Assembly: GCA_963666215.2 (NCBI GenBank)
Contig: CAXWPL010000005.1
Coordinates: 192,001-256,000, forward strand
DNA from: Acidobacteriota bacterium
GTDB taxonomy: Bacteria > Acidobacteriota > UBA890 > WLXD01
DNA: 64,000 nt
Direction of reading: 5' to 3'
The notes under the pieces were generated by a model, which was given only the letters and a program-made list of their open reading frames with translations, had not been told where the DNA came from and ran no database searches. This document shows positions 1 through 10,177 of the stretch, piece by piece (the first letter of the stretch is position 1; each line of letters starts with the position of its first letter). The position numbers were made by a program, and so were the translations under genes.

Positions 1-524
1 TCAAGATTCCCGGCATCAACGGCCAAGTACACCGTCCCGACCGGATCCCGTGCTCGCTCGGGTTCGAGATCAAGCGGCGGCACCGAAGCACGCGGCGCCA
101 GATCGCCGATGGGTCCCGCCCAGCCGGTAACCGATGCGCCGATGTCGGCACCGCTTTTTCGGCGCACCGAGGCGGCGAGGGCCAGCGTTGTGGCGCGGGA
201 CACAGGTCCGTGACGCGCCACGCTGCCGCTGTCGAGATCGGCAAGCGCGACCTTCGCGTCATCGCTATAGACAACCAGCCCGCCCCACAACACGAGCGAA
301 GCGCCAGGAACGGCACTGATCGCCGCCGCAACCGCGCCTCCGGTGCAGGACTCTGCTAGCGCAACCCGCAACCCGCGCTCGCCGAGAGTCACAACCAACT
401 TCGCCGCTAGCGTGGCCTCGTAGCTCCGCGTTTCAGGTGACAAGTCGTCGGTCGAGCTCGCTCCAACGTCGGCCAAACCATCCGCCCGCTCGGAGCTCGA
501 CGCGCAGCCTTGGGTCGTGATCAC
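1..524 (-). CDS. pncC: CinA C-terminal domain / nicotinamide-mononucleotide deamidase (PncC-like), 3' end runs off window
   Basis: Not in ORF track; translated by hand from GTG at 524 (AAGGAG upstream): ...LRVALAESCTGGAVAAAISAVPGAS...VVYSDDAK...HGPVS...SVTGWAGP...PVGTVYLAV, the CinA/PncC motifs; follows pgpA as is common. Confidence 0.85.
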   Translation of the reverse strand, partial: MITTQGCASSSERADGLADVGASSTDDLSPETRSYEATLAAKLVVTLGERGLRVALAESCTGGAVAAAISAVPGASLVLWGGLVVYSDDAKVALADLDSGSVARHGPVSRATTLALAASVRRKSGADIGASVTGWAGPIGDLAPRASVPPLDLEPERARDPVGTVYLAVDAGNL

Positions 525-549
525 GGGCCGGCCGCTCCTTGTTCCGACC

Positions 550-1146
550 TCACAGCAGCGCCCAGAGATGCACCAGAAGAAGGCGCGCCCCCACAGCGTA
601 CAACCCGGCGGCGAGATCGTCGGCCATGATCCCCAGTCCGCCAGGCAGGCCTTCGAGCCGGTTCACGGGATAGGGCTTGGCGATGTCGAAAACACGAAAG
701 AGCACGAATGCCAGGAACCACTCCGCTCCGGTCGCCGCACCCATCAGAGCGATCCAGACCCCGGCGAACTCGTCTACGACGACTTCGCTCGGATCATCGT
801 CGGTGTGCCCCCCTCCTACACCGCCGCTTCTTTCGCCGGCGCTGTCATCGGATTGGAGACCTTTGGAGCGAAGATGCGGCAACGCCGCCGACGACGCCCA
901 GACTCCCACCAGCGACAACGCGACCGCAATTCCGAGCTCTGCCGCCCACAGGATCCCCGGGTCGAGCCCGAGCCCGCTCATTACGCGCGCAAAGCCAATG
1001 AACACGGCCAGGCCGGCAGCCGCCCCCACCGTGCCGGGGCCAAGCGGCGCGTAGCCGAGACCGAAACAGGTAGCGACAAGCCGCGCCGGGAGCGCACCTC
1101 GACCGCCGGGGCGCCCCTCCGCTCGACCCGGATCGGGGCCCGTCAG
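550..1146 (-). CDS. pgpA: Phosphatidylglycerophosphatase A
   Basis: Motifs [49 protein letters not shown]; start uncertain (CTG overlapping the asnS stop, or TTG inside asnS). Confidence 0.88.
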   Translation of the reverse strand: MTGPDPGRAEGRPGGRGALPARLVATCFGLGYAPLGPGTVGAAAGLAVFIGFARVMSGLGLDPGILWAAELGIAVALSLVGVWASSAALPHLRSKGLQSDDSAGERSGGVGGGHTDDDPSEVVVDEFAGVWIALMGAATGAEWFLAFVLFRVFDIAKPYPVNRLEGLPGGLGIMADDLAAGLYAVGARLLLVHLWALL

Positions 1147-2438
1147 GGCTCCAACCGTCCGATGGTTCGCGGAAACGGAATCGTCTCGCGCAGATGGGGC
1201 CGCCCGGTAACCCAACCGACGAGTCGCTCGAGTCCGATTCCGAAGCCGCTGTGCGGCACGCTGCCGAAGCGACGCAAATCGGTGTACCAGGCGTATGGAT
1301 CCTCGGGCAGGCCGTGCTTGAGAAGCCGCCGATCGAGAAGCTGCGGATCGTGAATTCGTTGCCCGCCGCCGATCAACTCGCCGCAACCCTCGGGCGCGAT
1401 CAGATCGCAGCCCAGCACCACCTCGCCGCGTGTTGGGTCGGGCTCCATGTAGAACGACTTGATCGAGGTCGGGAAGCGATGGACAAAAACAGGCTTGCCG
1501 AAGTGCTCGGAAATCATCGTTTCGTGCCCGCCACCGAAGTCCTCTCCCCAGACGAACTCCTCGTCGCGGTTCTGGAGGATCTCGACCGCGTCGTCGTAGG
1601 AGATTCTCGGGAAAGGCTTGACGATCCCCTCGAGGAGCTTGACGTCGCGCTCGAGGACCTCGAGCTCAGCCGCGCACTCGCGCACCACCGAGCCGATAAT
1701 GCTCACAACGAAATCTTCGGCGAGGTCCATGATGTCGTCCATCGTCGCGTACGCGACCTCGGGCTCGAGCATCCAAAACTCGGTGAGGTGCCGCCGCGTC
1801 TTCGACTTCTCGGCACGGAACGTCGGCCCGAAGCAGAACACCTTGCCGAAGGCCATTGCGCCGGCCTCCTGGTACAGCTGGCCGCTTTGCGTGAGGTACG
1901 CGGGACGCCCGAAGTAGTCGGTCTCGAACAGCGTCGTGGTGCCCTCGACCGACAGTGGCGTCAGCACCGGGCTGTCGAGCAACGTGAAGCCGCGATCGTA
2001 GAAGTAATCCCGGCAGATCTTCTCGAGCCGACTGCGAACCCGCAGTATCGCGTGCTGCTGCATCGAGCGCAGCCACAGATGTCGATGGTCCATCAAGAAC
2101 TCGACACCGTGCTCTTTGGGGCTGATCGGATACGCCTCGGCGAGCTGAACCACTCGCAACCCTTGTAGCGACAGCTCCACGCCGCTCGGCGCACGCGAGT
2201 CTTCGCGCACCGTCCCGGTCACCATCACCGACGACTCTTGTGTCAGCGACTCGATCTCCGCCCACGCGTCGTCATCGACATCCTGGCGGGAAACGACCGC
2301 CTGAACGTGACCTGTTCCGTCGCGCACCTGCAGAAACGCAATCTTGCCGCTCGAGCGTTTCCTGTAGAGCCAGCCGCGAAGCATCACCTCGCTGCCGACG
2401 TGGTCGTTGAGGTTCTCGATGTAGACAGTCTCGGGCAC
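1143..2438 (-). CDS. asnS: Asparagine--tRNA ligase
   Basis: OB-fold N-terminus ([16 protein letters not shown]), [41 protein letters not shown]; GTG at 2438 with GGAGG SD. Confidence 0.96.
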   Translation of the reverse strand: MPETVYIENLNDHVGSEVMLRGWLYRKRSSGKIAFLQVRDGTGHVQAVVSRQDVDDDAWAEIESLTQESSVMVTGTVREDSRAPSGVELSLQGLRVVQLAEAYPISPKEHGVEFLMDHRHLWLRSMQQHAILRVRSRLEKICRDYFYDRGFTLLDSPVLTPLSVEGTTTLFETDYFGRPAYLTQSGQLYQEAGAMAFGKVFCFGPTFRAEKSKTRRHLTEFWMLEPEVAYATMDDIMDLAEDFVVSIIGSVVRECAAELEVLERDVKLLEGIVKPFPRISYDDAVEILQNRDEEFVWGEDFGGGHETMISEHFGKPVFVHRFPTSIKSFYMEPDPTRGEVVLGCDLIAPEGCGELIGGGQRIHDPQLLDRRLLKHGLPEDPYAWYTDLRRFGSVPHSGFGIGLERLVGWVTGRPHLRETIPFPRTIGRLEP

Positions 2439-2605
2439 GTTCCCCTCCGTTCGAGTCGGGGGATCGTACGCGCGGCGCCGCCGTGCCGACAAGTCACTTT
2501 CGACAGACAGTGCCTCTGGGCGCAGGCGACAGAACCTCCTCGGCGACTCGGAAGAACCCTCCTGAGGTTCGCACCAGGCTCTTGGCGCCGGCTAGGGCAC
2601 GTCTC

Positions 2606-3912
2606 TCACCCAGGAGCCCAGGAAGACCTCAGCCGCGCTTCCAACGCCGCCCCGACGGGCTCCAGCGCGCTCAACAGCGACTCCCATTGCAAGCCACGGG
2701 CAGCGGCCACCACGTGCGACCACGTTCGCGGCACGTACAGTTCGTAGGCAGGATTACCGGCCTCGGCAATCTGATTGCCGAAAGTCCCCAGAGCCTTGAG
2801 GCCGCGCTGCAGCTCGACCAGGGCGAACGCCTGTCGGGCTGCGGCAGGCATGCCACGCGGCCGGTCCGGGATCGAGAAATCGTCCGTGTGGGTGATCGCG
2901 GCCGCCGATCGGCCTCCGCGCGCGGCCGCCCAGAAGCGCGCCGCCAGCTCCGCTTCGAGGCTCGACGACACGTCGCAATAATTGTCCCGCAGCAGCGAAG
3001 CCAGGTCGTAGAAGAGCGGCCCGGCCATCACGTCCTGAAAATCGATGACGATCACGCGGTCCCGGCGAATTAACAGATTGCGCGCGTGATAGTCACGGTG
3101 GCACGGCACCATGCTCATCCTGCCAACCATCGCGGCGAGAACATCGAAATGTTCGCGGCGCCGCGCCGCCCCGTCGGCGACACCCAGCCAGTTGGCGAAC
3201 GCATGCGTTTCGGTGAGCTCCAGCTCGGCGCGAAGCCGCGCCGCATCGAGCGCCCATTCGGGGTTGGGTAGCGTCCGGGTTTCTCCATGCTGCAGGCGCA
3301 CGATGGCGTCGACCGCTTGGCGATAGAGGCGTCCGAGCTCGGTTGCAGTGGGGTCGCTGCCTGCGGCGGACGCAACCGAATCGAGCAGCACGTCGCCGCA
3401 GTCTTCCACCAGTAGCGCACGCCGGCCGTTCGCCAGGAGCTTCGGCACCGACACGCCGGCGCTGGCGAACCAAGAACGTGTGCGGGCGTAGCGCGCGACC
3501 TCGACGTCGACCTCCTGATGGGCGCGGGACGCCGCGGCTCTGGCTCCAGGTACCCGGGAGGCGTCGTCGGGATACACGACCAAAACGGCACTTCCGGCGC
3601 CGCCGGCCGCCTGCCGCAGGCCTGCGGCAGGTGGGCCTGCGGCAGGTGGGCCTGCGGCGGATGGGCCTGCGGTAGGTGGGCCTGCGAAGCCGCGACTCCA
3701 ACGCGATAGAAACGCCGCCGAGATGCGTGCATGCCGATGCGGGAGCAGCCAGAAAAAGCGGCGCGCCAGCGGCAATCGAAACCGTCGAGCGCGCCTTCCT
3801 GCGCAAGCTGATCGAGAATCGCTCCCTCTTCTGCCGGCAGCTCGTCGAGACTCGCCTCATGGGCCACCGGCGAGTCGACCTCTTCGTTGCCGCGCGTGAG
3901 CTCCTCCAGCAC
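2606..3912 (-). pseudogene. AmgK-like (aminoglycoside phosphotransferase family) sugar kinase split by a frameshift
   Basis: N-terminal frame from GTG 3912 (GGGAGG SD) carries HASRRRFYRV, resembling AmgK DASFRRYFR; the C-terminal frame (ORF 2606..3775) carries EDCGD, HRDYHARNL, IDFQD, YDLASLLRD, LQRGLKALGTFG; frames switch between about 3700 and 3595. Confidence 0.7.
3610..3686. repeat. 15-bp tandem repeat (CCTGCGGCAGGTGGG x4 plus partial) overlapping a perfect 22-bp palindrome
   Basis: Units at 3621, 3636, 3651, 3666 (up to 2 mismatches); 3610-3631 CCTGCCGCAGGCCTGCGGCAGG is its own reverse complement. Confidence 0.95.
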
Positions 3913-3925
3913 CGCGCCGGCCTCC

Positions 3926-5089
3926 CTAGCCCACGCTAGGGGCCGCGAAGCTCAGCCGCCGTCCGTCCGGCGCGAAGATCGTCTCCACGGCCTCGGTTTC
4001 GGGCGGCACCTCCACCCTCTCCATGACGATGCAACGCTCGAGGCGGCTCCCGGCACCCACCCAGCCGTGGTTCCAAATAATCGATTGCTCGACGTGGCAA
4101 CCGTTCTCGAAGCGGACCTGAGTCCCCGCAACCACACCCGACAGCTGAGCGCCGTGCTTGACGCGGACGCCCGGCCCGAGGAGGAAAGGCGGTACCACGC
4201 GAGAGTTCTCGATATGGGTATGGCCGGTGGCGTAACCGCCCTCGAATCGGCGGTGGTAGCCAACGAACGCCAACGGCAAGTCCTCGCGCCGCAGGCTCGT
4301 CAGCTGGGCGTCGAGATAGCGGGAGGGCTCACCAATCTCATACCAGTGACCGCTGGGATAGACGCCCTGAATAGGCAGCCCGTCGGCGAGTATGTCGCGA
4401 TACAGCGGATCCACGATCCCACACGGAACGTTGTCGGGCAGAGCCGCAAGCGCTTCGTTCTCCAGAACGTGCACACCGGTGAACACGCCCGCCGAGGAGC
4501 CCTGCGGCAGTGCGCCTTGCGACTCTCCACCGGGAAATCCGAGCACGGCGCCGTTCTCACCCGTGGGTACGTGCGGGTAGCCGCGGCTGGCTTCGCCACG
4601 GTGCAACGCGAGCGTGGCCAGCGCCCCCGAGTCGCGGTGAGTCGACAGAATCTGGCCCAGATTCAGCCGTGCCGCCACGTCGCCATTGATCAGCAGCGTC
4701 CGCTCGCCGAGAAGCTCGAGGGCGCGCCTCGGCCCTCCACCTGTGCCCAGAAGCCGCGTCTCGCAGCTGTACAGAACTCGCATGTTGAAGGCGCGGAATC
4801 GATACTCGCGAAAAACAGAGGCGCCGGCGTGATGCAGGTTGATCACCACATCGCGAAAACCCGCGCGACTCAACCAGTCGAGTGTGAAGTCGAGCAGCGG
4901 CCGATTCAGAAAGGGCAACACGGCCTTGGCACGATCGTCGGTCAACGGACGCAGGCGGGTGGCTTGACCGGCCGCGAGAATCATGGCGCGCGGCGCTCCG
5001 GGAAGGTCGGCAGCTGGCTCCGTACGCTGCCGATTGCCGAGTGCAGACACGTCCGCGGAGGCCCCTGCGTGCACGCGGGCGACGGTCAT
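3926..5089 (-). CDS. NDP-sugar pyrophosphorylase / nucleotidyltransferase (MurU/GMPP-like) with C-terminal left-handed beta-helix
   Basis: AMILAAGQATRLRPLTDDRAKAVLP, LGTGGG, INGD, WYEIG, hexapeptide-like C-terminus; ATG overlaps upstream TGA (ATGA). Confidence 0.88.
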   Translation of the reverse strand: MTVARVHAGASADVSALGNRQRTEPAADLPGAPRAMILAAGQATRLRPLTDDRAKAVLPFLNRPLLDFTLDWLSRAGFRDVVINLHHAGASVFREYRFRAFNMRVLYSCETRLLGTGGGPRRALELLGERTLLINGDVAARLNLGQILSTHRDSGALATLALHRGEASRGYPHVPTGENGAVLGFPGGESQGALPQGSSAGVFTGVHVLENEALAALPDNVPCGIVDPLYRDILADGLPIQGVYPSGHWYEIGEPSRYLDAQLTSLRREDLPLAFVGYHRRFEGGYATGHTHIENSRVVPPFLLGPGVRVKHGAQLSGVVAGTQVRFENGCHVEQSIIWNHGWVGAGSRLERCIVMERVEVPPETEAVETIFAPDGRRLSFAAPSVG

Positions 5090-5646
5090 GGAGCGTCTCC
5101 GCCGCAATCCGGAACCTGGTCGAACAGCATGTCGCCGCTGCCTCCGCCGTCGATGAACAGCGTCCGGTAGCTGCGACTCTCGAAGGCAGCATCTGCTACC
5201 CTGAGGTGCTCCGCGGCGACCAGGATTTGCTCCGGGAGGCCCTCGAGCTCGAGAAACCAACCGATCGGCGTCTCATCGAGAACCACCGTCGCTCCGGCGA
5301 TCTCAAAGCGCTCACGCACCTTCTGATAACGCATCGCGATGCCGTAGCCGAGCGCGGCGAGAATCGACGCCATCGCGTCGGCGTCGTCGAGCTCGGTTTC
5401 GTGTTCTTGGCGCGACTTGAACCGCTCGTCCGGCTCGATGGGCCCCTTGAACGTCAGCTTCGACCTCGGGCCGGCACGTCGTAGTCGCAGCATGCAGCCG
5501 GCGCTGTGGAGTCGGCCCTCGGGCGTATCGTAGATGGCATCGTCCTGCAGAACGCGCGGCGCCACATGTCGTGCCTGTGCGTCGCGCAACCTCCGACGCA
5601 GCTCGTCGGGCTGCCCCGCGACCTTGACCTCGGTCTCGAGCGGCAT
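5086..5646 (-). CDS. CYTH-domain protein (class IV adenylate cyclase / triphosphatase family)
   Basis: N-terminal ExExK (ETEVK), LRLR, LTFKGP, RQEHET, KVRE, LDETPIGWFLELEG. Confidence 0.9.
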   Translation of the reverse strand: MPLETEVKVAGQPDELRRRLRDAQARHVAPRVLQDDAIYDTPEGRLHSAGCMLRLRRAGPRSKLTFKGPIEPDERFKSRQEHETELDDADAMASILAALGYGIAMRYQKVRERFEIAGATVVLDETPIGWFLELEGLPEQILVAAEHLRVADAAFESRSYRTLFIDGGGSGDMLFDQVPDCGGDAP

Positions 5647-5650
5647 CCGC

Positions 5651-8071
5651 CTACCTTACAACCGCGGAGGTGGCGCCGTTCGAGCGCCGTTCGGTCGGCA
5701 CGAAGCGCACGAACGCCCCCAGCTGGCGCCAATCAGCGCCGCCCTGCAACGCCGGCGCGGCGCCGGCGGAGGCGGTAAGCCGCAGCCGGTAGACCCGCTG
5801 GCCGCGCCATTCGCGCCCCTCTCCGAGTGCTAGCGAGAACCTTGCCGGAGACTCGGGTAGCAGCTGCTGGACAAACACCTGCCCTTCGGCCTCGAGCCGC
5901 ACTCGAGAAGGCACGAGAGTACGTACGACCGCCGTCACGTCGTCGAGGCTGGCGTCGGAAGTCAGCACAATCTCCCGCGAATCCCCCGGACTGACCCAAA
6001 CTCCGCCGGGTTCCGCCCACGCGAGCTCGGGGATCGCGCCGAGCACCCAGGCGGTGGTCCGAGGTGCGTCCTCGATGATCGCGGCGCCGACGTGGCGGTC
6101 GCTGACAACAACGGTTGCGCGCAGCGTCAGGCCGAGCGCGACGAGCAGCAGCCATGTCACCAGCGCCGCGCGGGCGCCGATGCGCGGTACTTCGGCAGGC
6201 TCGCCGGCGAAGCGCAGCGCGGCGACAAGACCCATGACGCCGACCAGCCAGAGGCCCGCAACCCACCAGTGAGGCTCCTTGACCGCGAGCCAAAGCGGGA
6301 ACAATCGCCAGAGCTCGGAGCCGAGTGGTGAGAGCTCGCGCAGGCTCCAAGATGCCTGCACGGCGTAGTCGTGCGGCAATCGGGTGGGATCGAGCGCAAG
6401 GAAGAACGTCGTTGCCAGGCCCAGTGCGAGCAGACCGCCCCGTGTGGCGCGAGCCCATGGTCGCAACGACGAACACAGCCCCACCGCCAGGGCCGGCGCC
6501 AGCACCCAGAGCACGGCGAGCAGCGGTCGCACGGGTGGACTCTGCCCTCCGAGCTGTTGCGAGAGTGCGTAGGGACCCACATAGGCCGCGAAGATCAAGG
6601 CGAGCTCGGCAAGCTCGCGACGCCGATGCCACCAGAGCCACGGCAGGCCGATCGCTGCCAGCAAGAAGTGCGGCGCTACGCCCAGCAGCCCTTCCTTTTG
6701 GTCGATGAAGTAGCCCACGAAAGTGCGTAGCGCGCCGCGCCAATCCGCGAAGTACGCACTCCAATCTCCCCCGAAGGCAGCCGGTCGCCCGAAACTCGGA
6801 TCGCTGCCCAGGTAGATGGCGGCCGGCCAAGGCGAGCCGTAGAGCGTCAGGGTGAACCAGACGTGCAGGAGTCCGCTCAACAGCAAGGGGACGGTCAGGC
6901 CGGCTGCTGCCAGCGGCGACAGCGCGCCGCCGGAGCGCCAGCGCCGACCCACACCGAACAACCCGACGAGCGCAATGCACCCGGCCACGGGAATCAATTT
7001 CACCCCCAACCACGGCAGGATTGCTAGCAACACACCCGCCAACCACAGTCGCTGCGGGCGTGGAGATCGAGCCAGCATGTAGGCGGCGAGTGAAACCGTC
7101 ATCGCCGTGGCCTCGGGGAACAGCGACAGTGGCGCGAATATCAGCGGCGCCGAGGCGACCATCGCGGCGCTGCCGACAAGCGCTGCCCGGGGCGTCTGCT
7201 TCCCCGCGACGTCCTGAATGAGGCCGTACAGCAGAAAGCCGAACAGGCCGAACAGAGCGATCTGCAGGAGCCGAAGGAGCGCTACTGTCAGCAGGGGCGA
7301 TTGCGGCGCGATCAGCAAGCCGGCAGCGTAGCCCGGCAACAGAAACAACGGGAAACCCACGCCGTGCATCGAATAGCGCGAACCCGGCGGCGTGCCGAGC
7401 TTGTAGTGAGGTGATAGGTGGCCCGGATGGAAGCCGGCATAGGCACGCTCGAGATAGTCGTCACCGAGATCGAGGTCTTGGTCCTCGACGAGTGAGTGTG
7501 CGACCAGCAGGTAGTGAGGCTCGTCGCCGCTGGGCGGCGGCCACCCGATGGCCAGCAAGCAGGTGGGCACGAGCACGGCCAGCACCGCGATCGCCAGTCC
7601 CTCCCGTCGCCGAGCGCGCGCTTCCCTGGCAGTGCCCGAGCTCCTCCGATCTGGGGTGCCTCGATCGTTGCCGGCTTCCGGATCGCTCGAGGAGTCGGCA
7701 GCCCCATCCCGACGGCGATCCATGAACCCGACGAGTTCCGTTCGGGCCACGAGATGCCCTGCGATGATCACGCCACCTCCGATCGACAGGAGAACGACCG
7801 GGCACCGGAAGAAGAAATCTTCGAGCGGCGTAGCCAGCACAGCCGGAGCCACCACCCACCCAAGCCACTGTACGCGGCGGCCCAGGCCCATGAAGTGGGC
7901 GAGCAGTGTTACCGCGAGAATCGAGAGAGCCGCCGCCTGCGCTCCCGGGTCGACGAGCGTCGAAGTCGCCAACTGCCACGTCGACGATCCGATTGGCGCG
8001 CGCAGGTGAGCGGCGAGGGAGGCCGCGCCGAGCATGCCGGCGACAAGCGGTAGCGGTACGCGCAGTCGCAT
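5651..8071 (-). CDS. Large polytopic membrane protein, probable GT-C-fold glycosyltransferase
   Basis: 806 aa with many hydrophobic segments, GDEPHYL motif after an early TM segment, soluble C-terminal domain; family assignment is inference. Confidence 0.65.
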   Translation of the reverse strand: MRLRVPLPLVAGMLGAASLAAHLRAPIGSSTWQLATSTLVDPGAQAAALSILAVTLLAHFMGLGRRVQWLGWVVAPAVLATPLEDFFFRCPVVLLSIGGGVIIAGHLVARTELVGFMDRRRDGAADSSSDPEAGNDRGTPDRRSSGTAREARARRREGLAIAVLAVLVPTCLLAIGWPPPSGDEPHYLLVAHSLVEDQDLDLGDDYLERAYAGFHPGHLSPHYKLGTPPGSRYSMHGVGFPLFLLPGYAAGLLIAPQSPLLTVALLRLLQIALFGLFGFLLYGLIQDVAGKQTPRAALVGSAAMVASAPLIFAPLSLFPEATAMTVSLAAYMLARSPRPQRLWLAGVLLAILPWLGVKLIPVAGCIALVGLFGVGRRWRSGGALSPLAAAGLTVPLLLSGLLHVWFTLTLYGSPWPAAIYLGSDPSFGRPAAFGGDWSAYFADWRGALRTFVGYFIDQKEGLLGVAPHFLLAAIGLPWLWWHRRRELAELALIFAAYVGPYALSQQLGGQSPPVRPLLAVLWVLAPALAVGLCSSLRPWARATRGGLLALGLATTFFLALDPTRLPHDYAVQASWSLRELSPLGSELWRLFPLWLAVKEPHWWVAGLWLVGVMGLVAALRFAGEPAEVPRIGARAALVTWLLLVALGLTLRATVVVSDRHVGAAIIEDAPRTTAWVLGAIPELAWAEPGGVWVSPGDSREIVLTSDASLDDVTAVVRTLVPSRVRLEAEGQVFVQQLLPESPARFSLALGEGREWRGQRVYRLRLTASAGAAPALQGGADWRQLGAFVRFVPTERRSNGATSAVVR

Positions 8072-8100
8072 GTTGTTCAGGGGGACGCGGGCGACGAGGC

Positions 8101-8658
8101 TCAGATCTCCAGGAGCTCGCTCTGTTTAGCCGCCGCGGCCTGGTCGATGCGCTCACAGTAGACCTTGGTGAGGTCCTGCACCTTGTCGTAGCCGCGGTGC
8201 TCGTCGTCTTGCGAGATCGCCTTGTCGTGCTCGAGCTTCTTGATGCTCTCGTTGGCATCCCGGCGCGCTTGTCTCACTTCCGTCTTGCCTTCCTCGGCCA
8301 AGGCGCCGGCATGCTTGGCCATCTCCTTGCGACGCTCCTCCGTGAGCTCGGGAATCGGGACGCGTACCACAGCGCCGTCGTTGCTCGGATTGAGCCCCAG
8401 ATCGGCCTGCAGGATCGCGCGCTCGATGTCCCCGATGGCCGTCTTGTCGTACGGCTGCACAACGATCAGTTGTGGATCGGGAACCGACAGGCTGGCCAGC
8501 TGATTGATAGGAGTCGACGTTCCGTAGTACTCAACCAGCAGGTCGTCGAGAATCGAGATGTTGGCACGCCCGGTTCGCACGCTACGGAGCTCACGACCCA
8601 AGGCCTCCAGACTCGCCTGCATCCGCGCGTTGGCGTCGCGAATCACCTCGTCCATCAC
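8101..8658 (-). CDS. frr: Ribosome recycling factor
   Basis: SVRTGRAN, YYGTSTPINQLA, LGLNPSNDG, PELTEERRKE; GAGGAGG SD. Confidence 0.98.
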   Translation of the reverse strand: MMDEVIRDANARMQASLEALGRELRSVRTGRANISILDDLLVEYYGTSTPINQLASLSVPDPQLIVVQPYDKTAIGDIERAILQADLGLNPSNDGAVVRVPIPELTEERRKEMAKHAGALAEEGKTEVRQARRDANESIKKLEHDKAISQDDEHRGYDKVQDLTKVYCERIDQAAAAKQSELLEI

Positions 8659-8679
8659 CGGCGTCCTCCTCGTCTGCGC

Positions 8680-9450
8680 CTATTCCGTTATCAACGACCC
8701 CAGGTGTTCCCCGCGGACGGCGCGCACGATATTACCCGATTCGCGCATGTTGAAGATAAGAATCGGCATCCCGTTCTCGCGGCACTGCGCTACCGCAGAA
8801 GTGTCCATGACCTTCAGCTCCCGGCGCAAAACGTCGCGATAGGTCGTCTGCGCGATGAGCTCGGCGCTCGGGTCGTTCTCAGGATCGGCGGTGTAGAGGC
8901 CACCCACCTTCGTACCCTTCATCAAGATATCGGCCCGCATCTCCACTGCGCGCAGGGCCGCCGCAGTGTCGGTGGAAAAGTAGGGACTGCCGGTGCCGGC
9001 GGCAAAGATCACCACTCTCCCCTTCTCCAGATGCCGCAGCGCGCGCCGCCGGATGAACGGCTCAGCGATTGCCTTCATTTCAATCGCCGACATCACCCGC
9101 GTCTCCAAGCCACGCTTCTCCAGAGCGTCCTGCAGCGCCAGGCTGTTCATCACCGTGGCCAGCATGCCGATGTGGTCGGCGCTAACGCGATCGATGCCCA
9201 AGTCGTCGGCGCGGATACCGCGAAAGATGTTGCCGCCGCCAATCACCACACCAATTTGGGTGCCGAGACCCTGCGCCTCGGTGATCTCGTCGGCCACTGA
9301 GCGAGCCACGATATGGTCGATGCCATAGCCCTGGGCACCCATCAATGCCTCACCCGAGAGCTTCAACAGGACCCGACGATACCCGTTTTCGGCACTGTCG
9401 CGAGGATCGGCTGGGCCCGTCGTCGCTGCCTCGCTCTTGGGGTCGATCAT
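8680..9450 (-). CDS. pyrH: UMP kinase
   Basis: RVLLKLSGEAL, GGGNIFRG, GTGSPYFSTDTAAALRA, LKVMD. Confidence 0.98.
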   Translation of the reverse strand: MIDPKSEAATTGPADPRDSAENGYRRVLLKLSGEALMGAQGYGIDHIVARSVADEITEAQGLGTQIGVVIGGGNIFRGIRADDLGIDRVSADHIGMLATVMNSLALQDALEKRGLETRVMSAIEMKAIAEPFIRRRALRHLEKGRVVIFAAGTGSPYFSTDTAAALRAVEMRADILMKGTKVGGLYTADPENDPSAELIAQTTYRDVLRRELKVMDTSAVAQCRENGMPILIFNMRESGNIVRAVRGEHLGSLITE

Positions 9451-9508
9451 CTGGTGGCGTTCGCTGCCTTGTGCAATTTGTGGCGCCGCATCGCGAGCTG
9501 GCGGCTAG

Positions 9509-10177
9509 CTATTCGGCTGCGTCCGGCTTGTCGCTATCCGGCTCTTTGCTGACGCCTGGGCTCGTCTGCGCCAGAGTCGTATCGGGGTCACCCAACGCGA
9601 AGCGCGCGAAGCGTCCGACCATGATGTTCTCGCCAATCTTGGCCACTGCATCGGAAATCAGATCGGAGATATTCCGGTCGGTATCCTTCACGAACGCCTG
9701 CTCGTAGAGACAGGTCTCGGAGTAGAAACGCTTGAGCTTGCCCTCGACGATCTTGTCGAGAATCTTCTCCGGCTTGCCCTCGGTGACCGCCTGCTGGCGG
9801 AATAAGTCGGCTTCCGCCTCCGCTACCGACGCGTCGACATCCTCACGGCGAACGTAGCGCGGGTTCGCAGCGGCCACGTGCATGGCGAGATCTCGCGCTA
9901 GCGCCACGAACTCATCGGAGCGGGCCACGAAGTCGGTCTCGCAGTTGAGCTGCAGCAATACCGCGATTCTGCCCCCCATGTGAACGTACGACTCGATGCG
10001 GCCCTCGCTGGCCTCGCGCCCGGCGCGCGCCGCAGCTTTCGCCTTGCCGACCGTGCGCAGAATCTTGATCGCCTCATCCATGTCGCCATCGGCTTCGCGA
10101 AGGGCTGACTTGCAGTCCATGATGCCGACACCGGTCCGCTCGCGAAGCTCTTTCACCGCGCTCGCACTGATTTCCAT
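9509..10177 (-). CDS. tsf: Elongation factor Ts (short form)
   Basis: MEISASAVKELRERTGVGIMDCK, LNCETDFVAR, GKPEKILDKIVEGKL; about 222 aa. Confidence 0.97.
   Translation of the reverse strand: MEISASAVKELRERTGVGIMDCKSALREADGDMDEAIKILRTVGKAKAAARAGREASEGRIESYVHMGGRIAVLLQLNCETDFVARSDEFVALARDLAMHVAAANPRYVRREDVDASVAEAEADLFRQQAVTEGKPEKILDKIVEGKLKRFYSETCLYEQAFVKDTDRNISDLISDAVAKIGENIMVGRFARFALGDPDTTLAQTSPGVSKEPDSDKPDAAE

Noticed and set aside
3610-3686. Tandem repeats as a possible CRISPR array (also 54276-54351)
   Set aside because: No unique spacers between units and no cas genes
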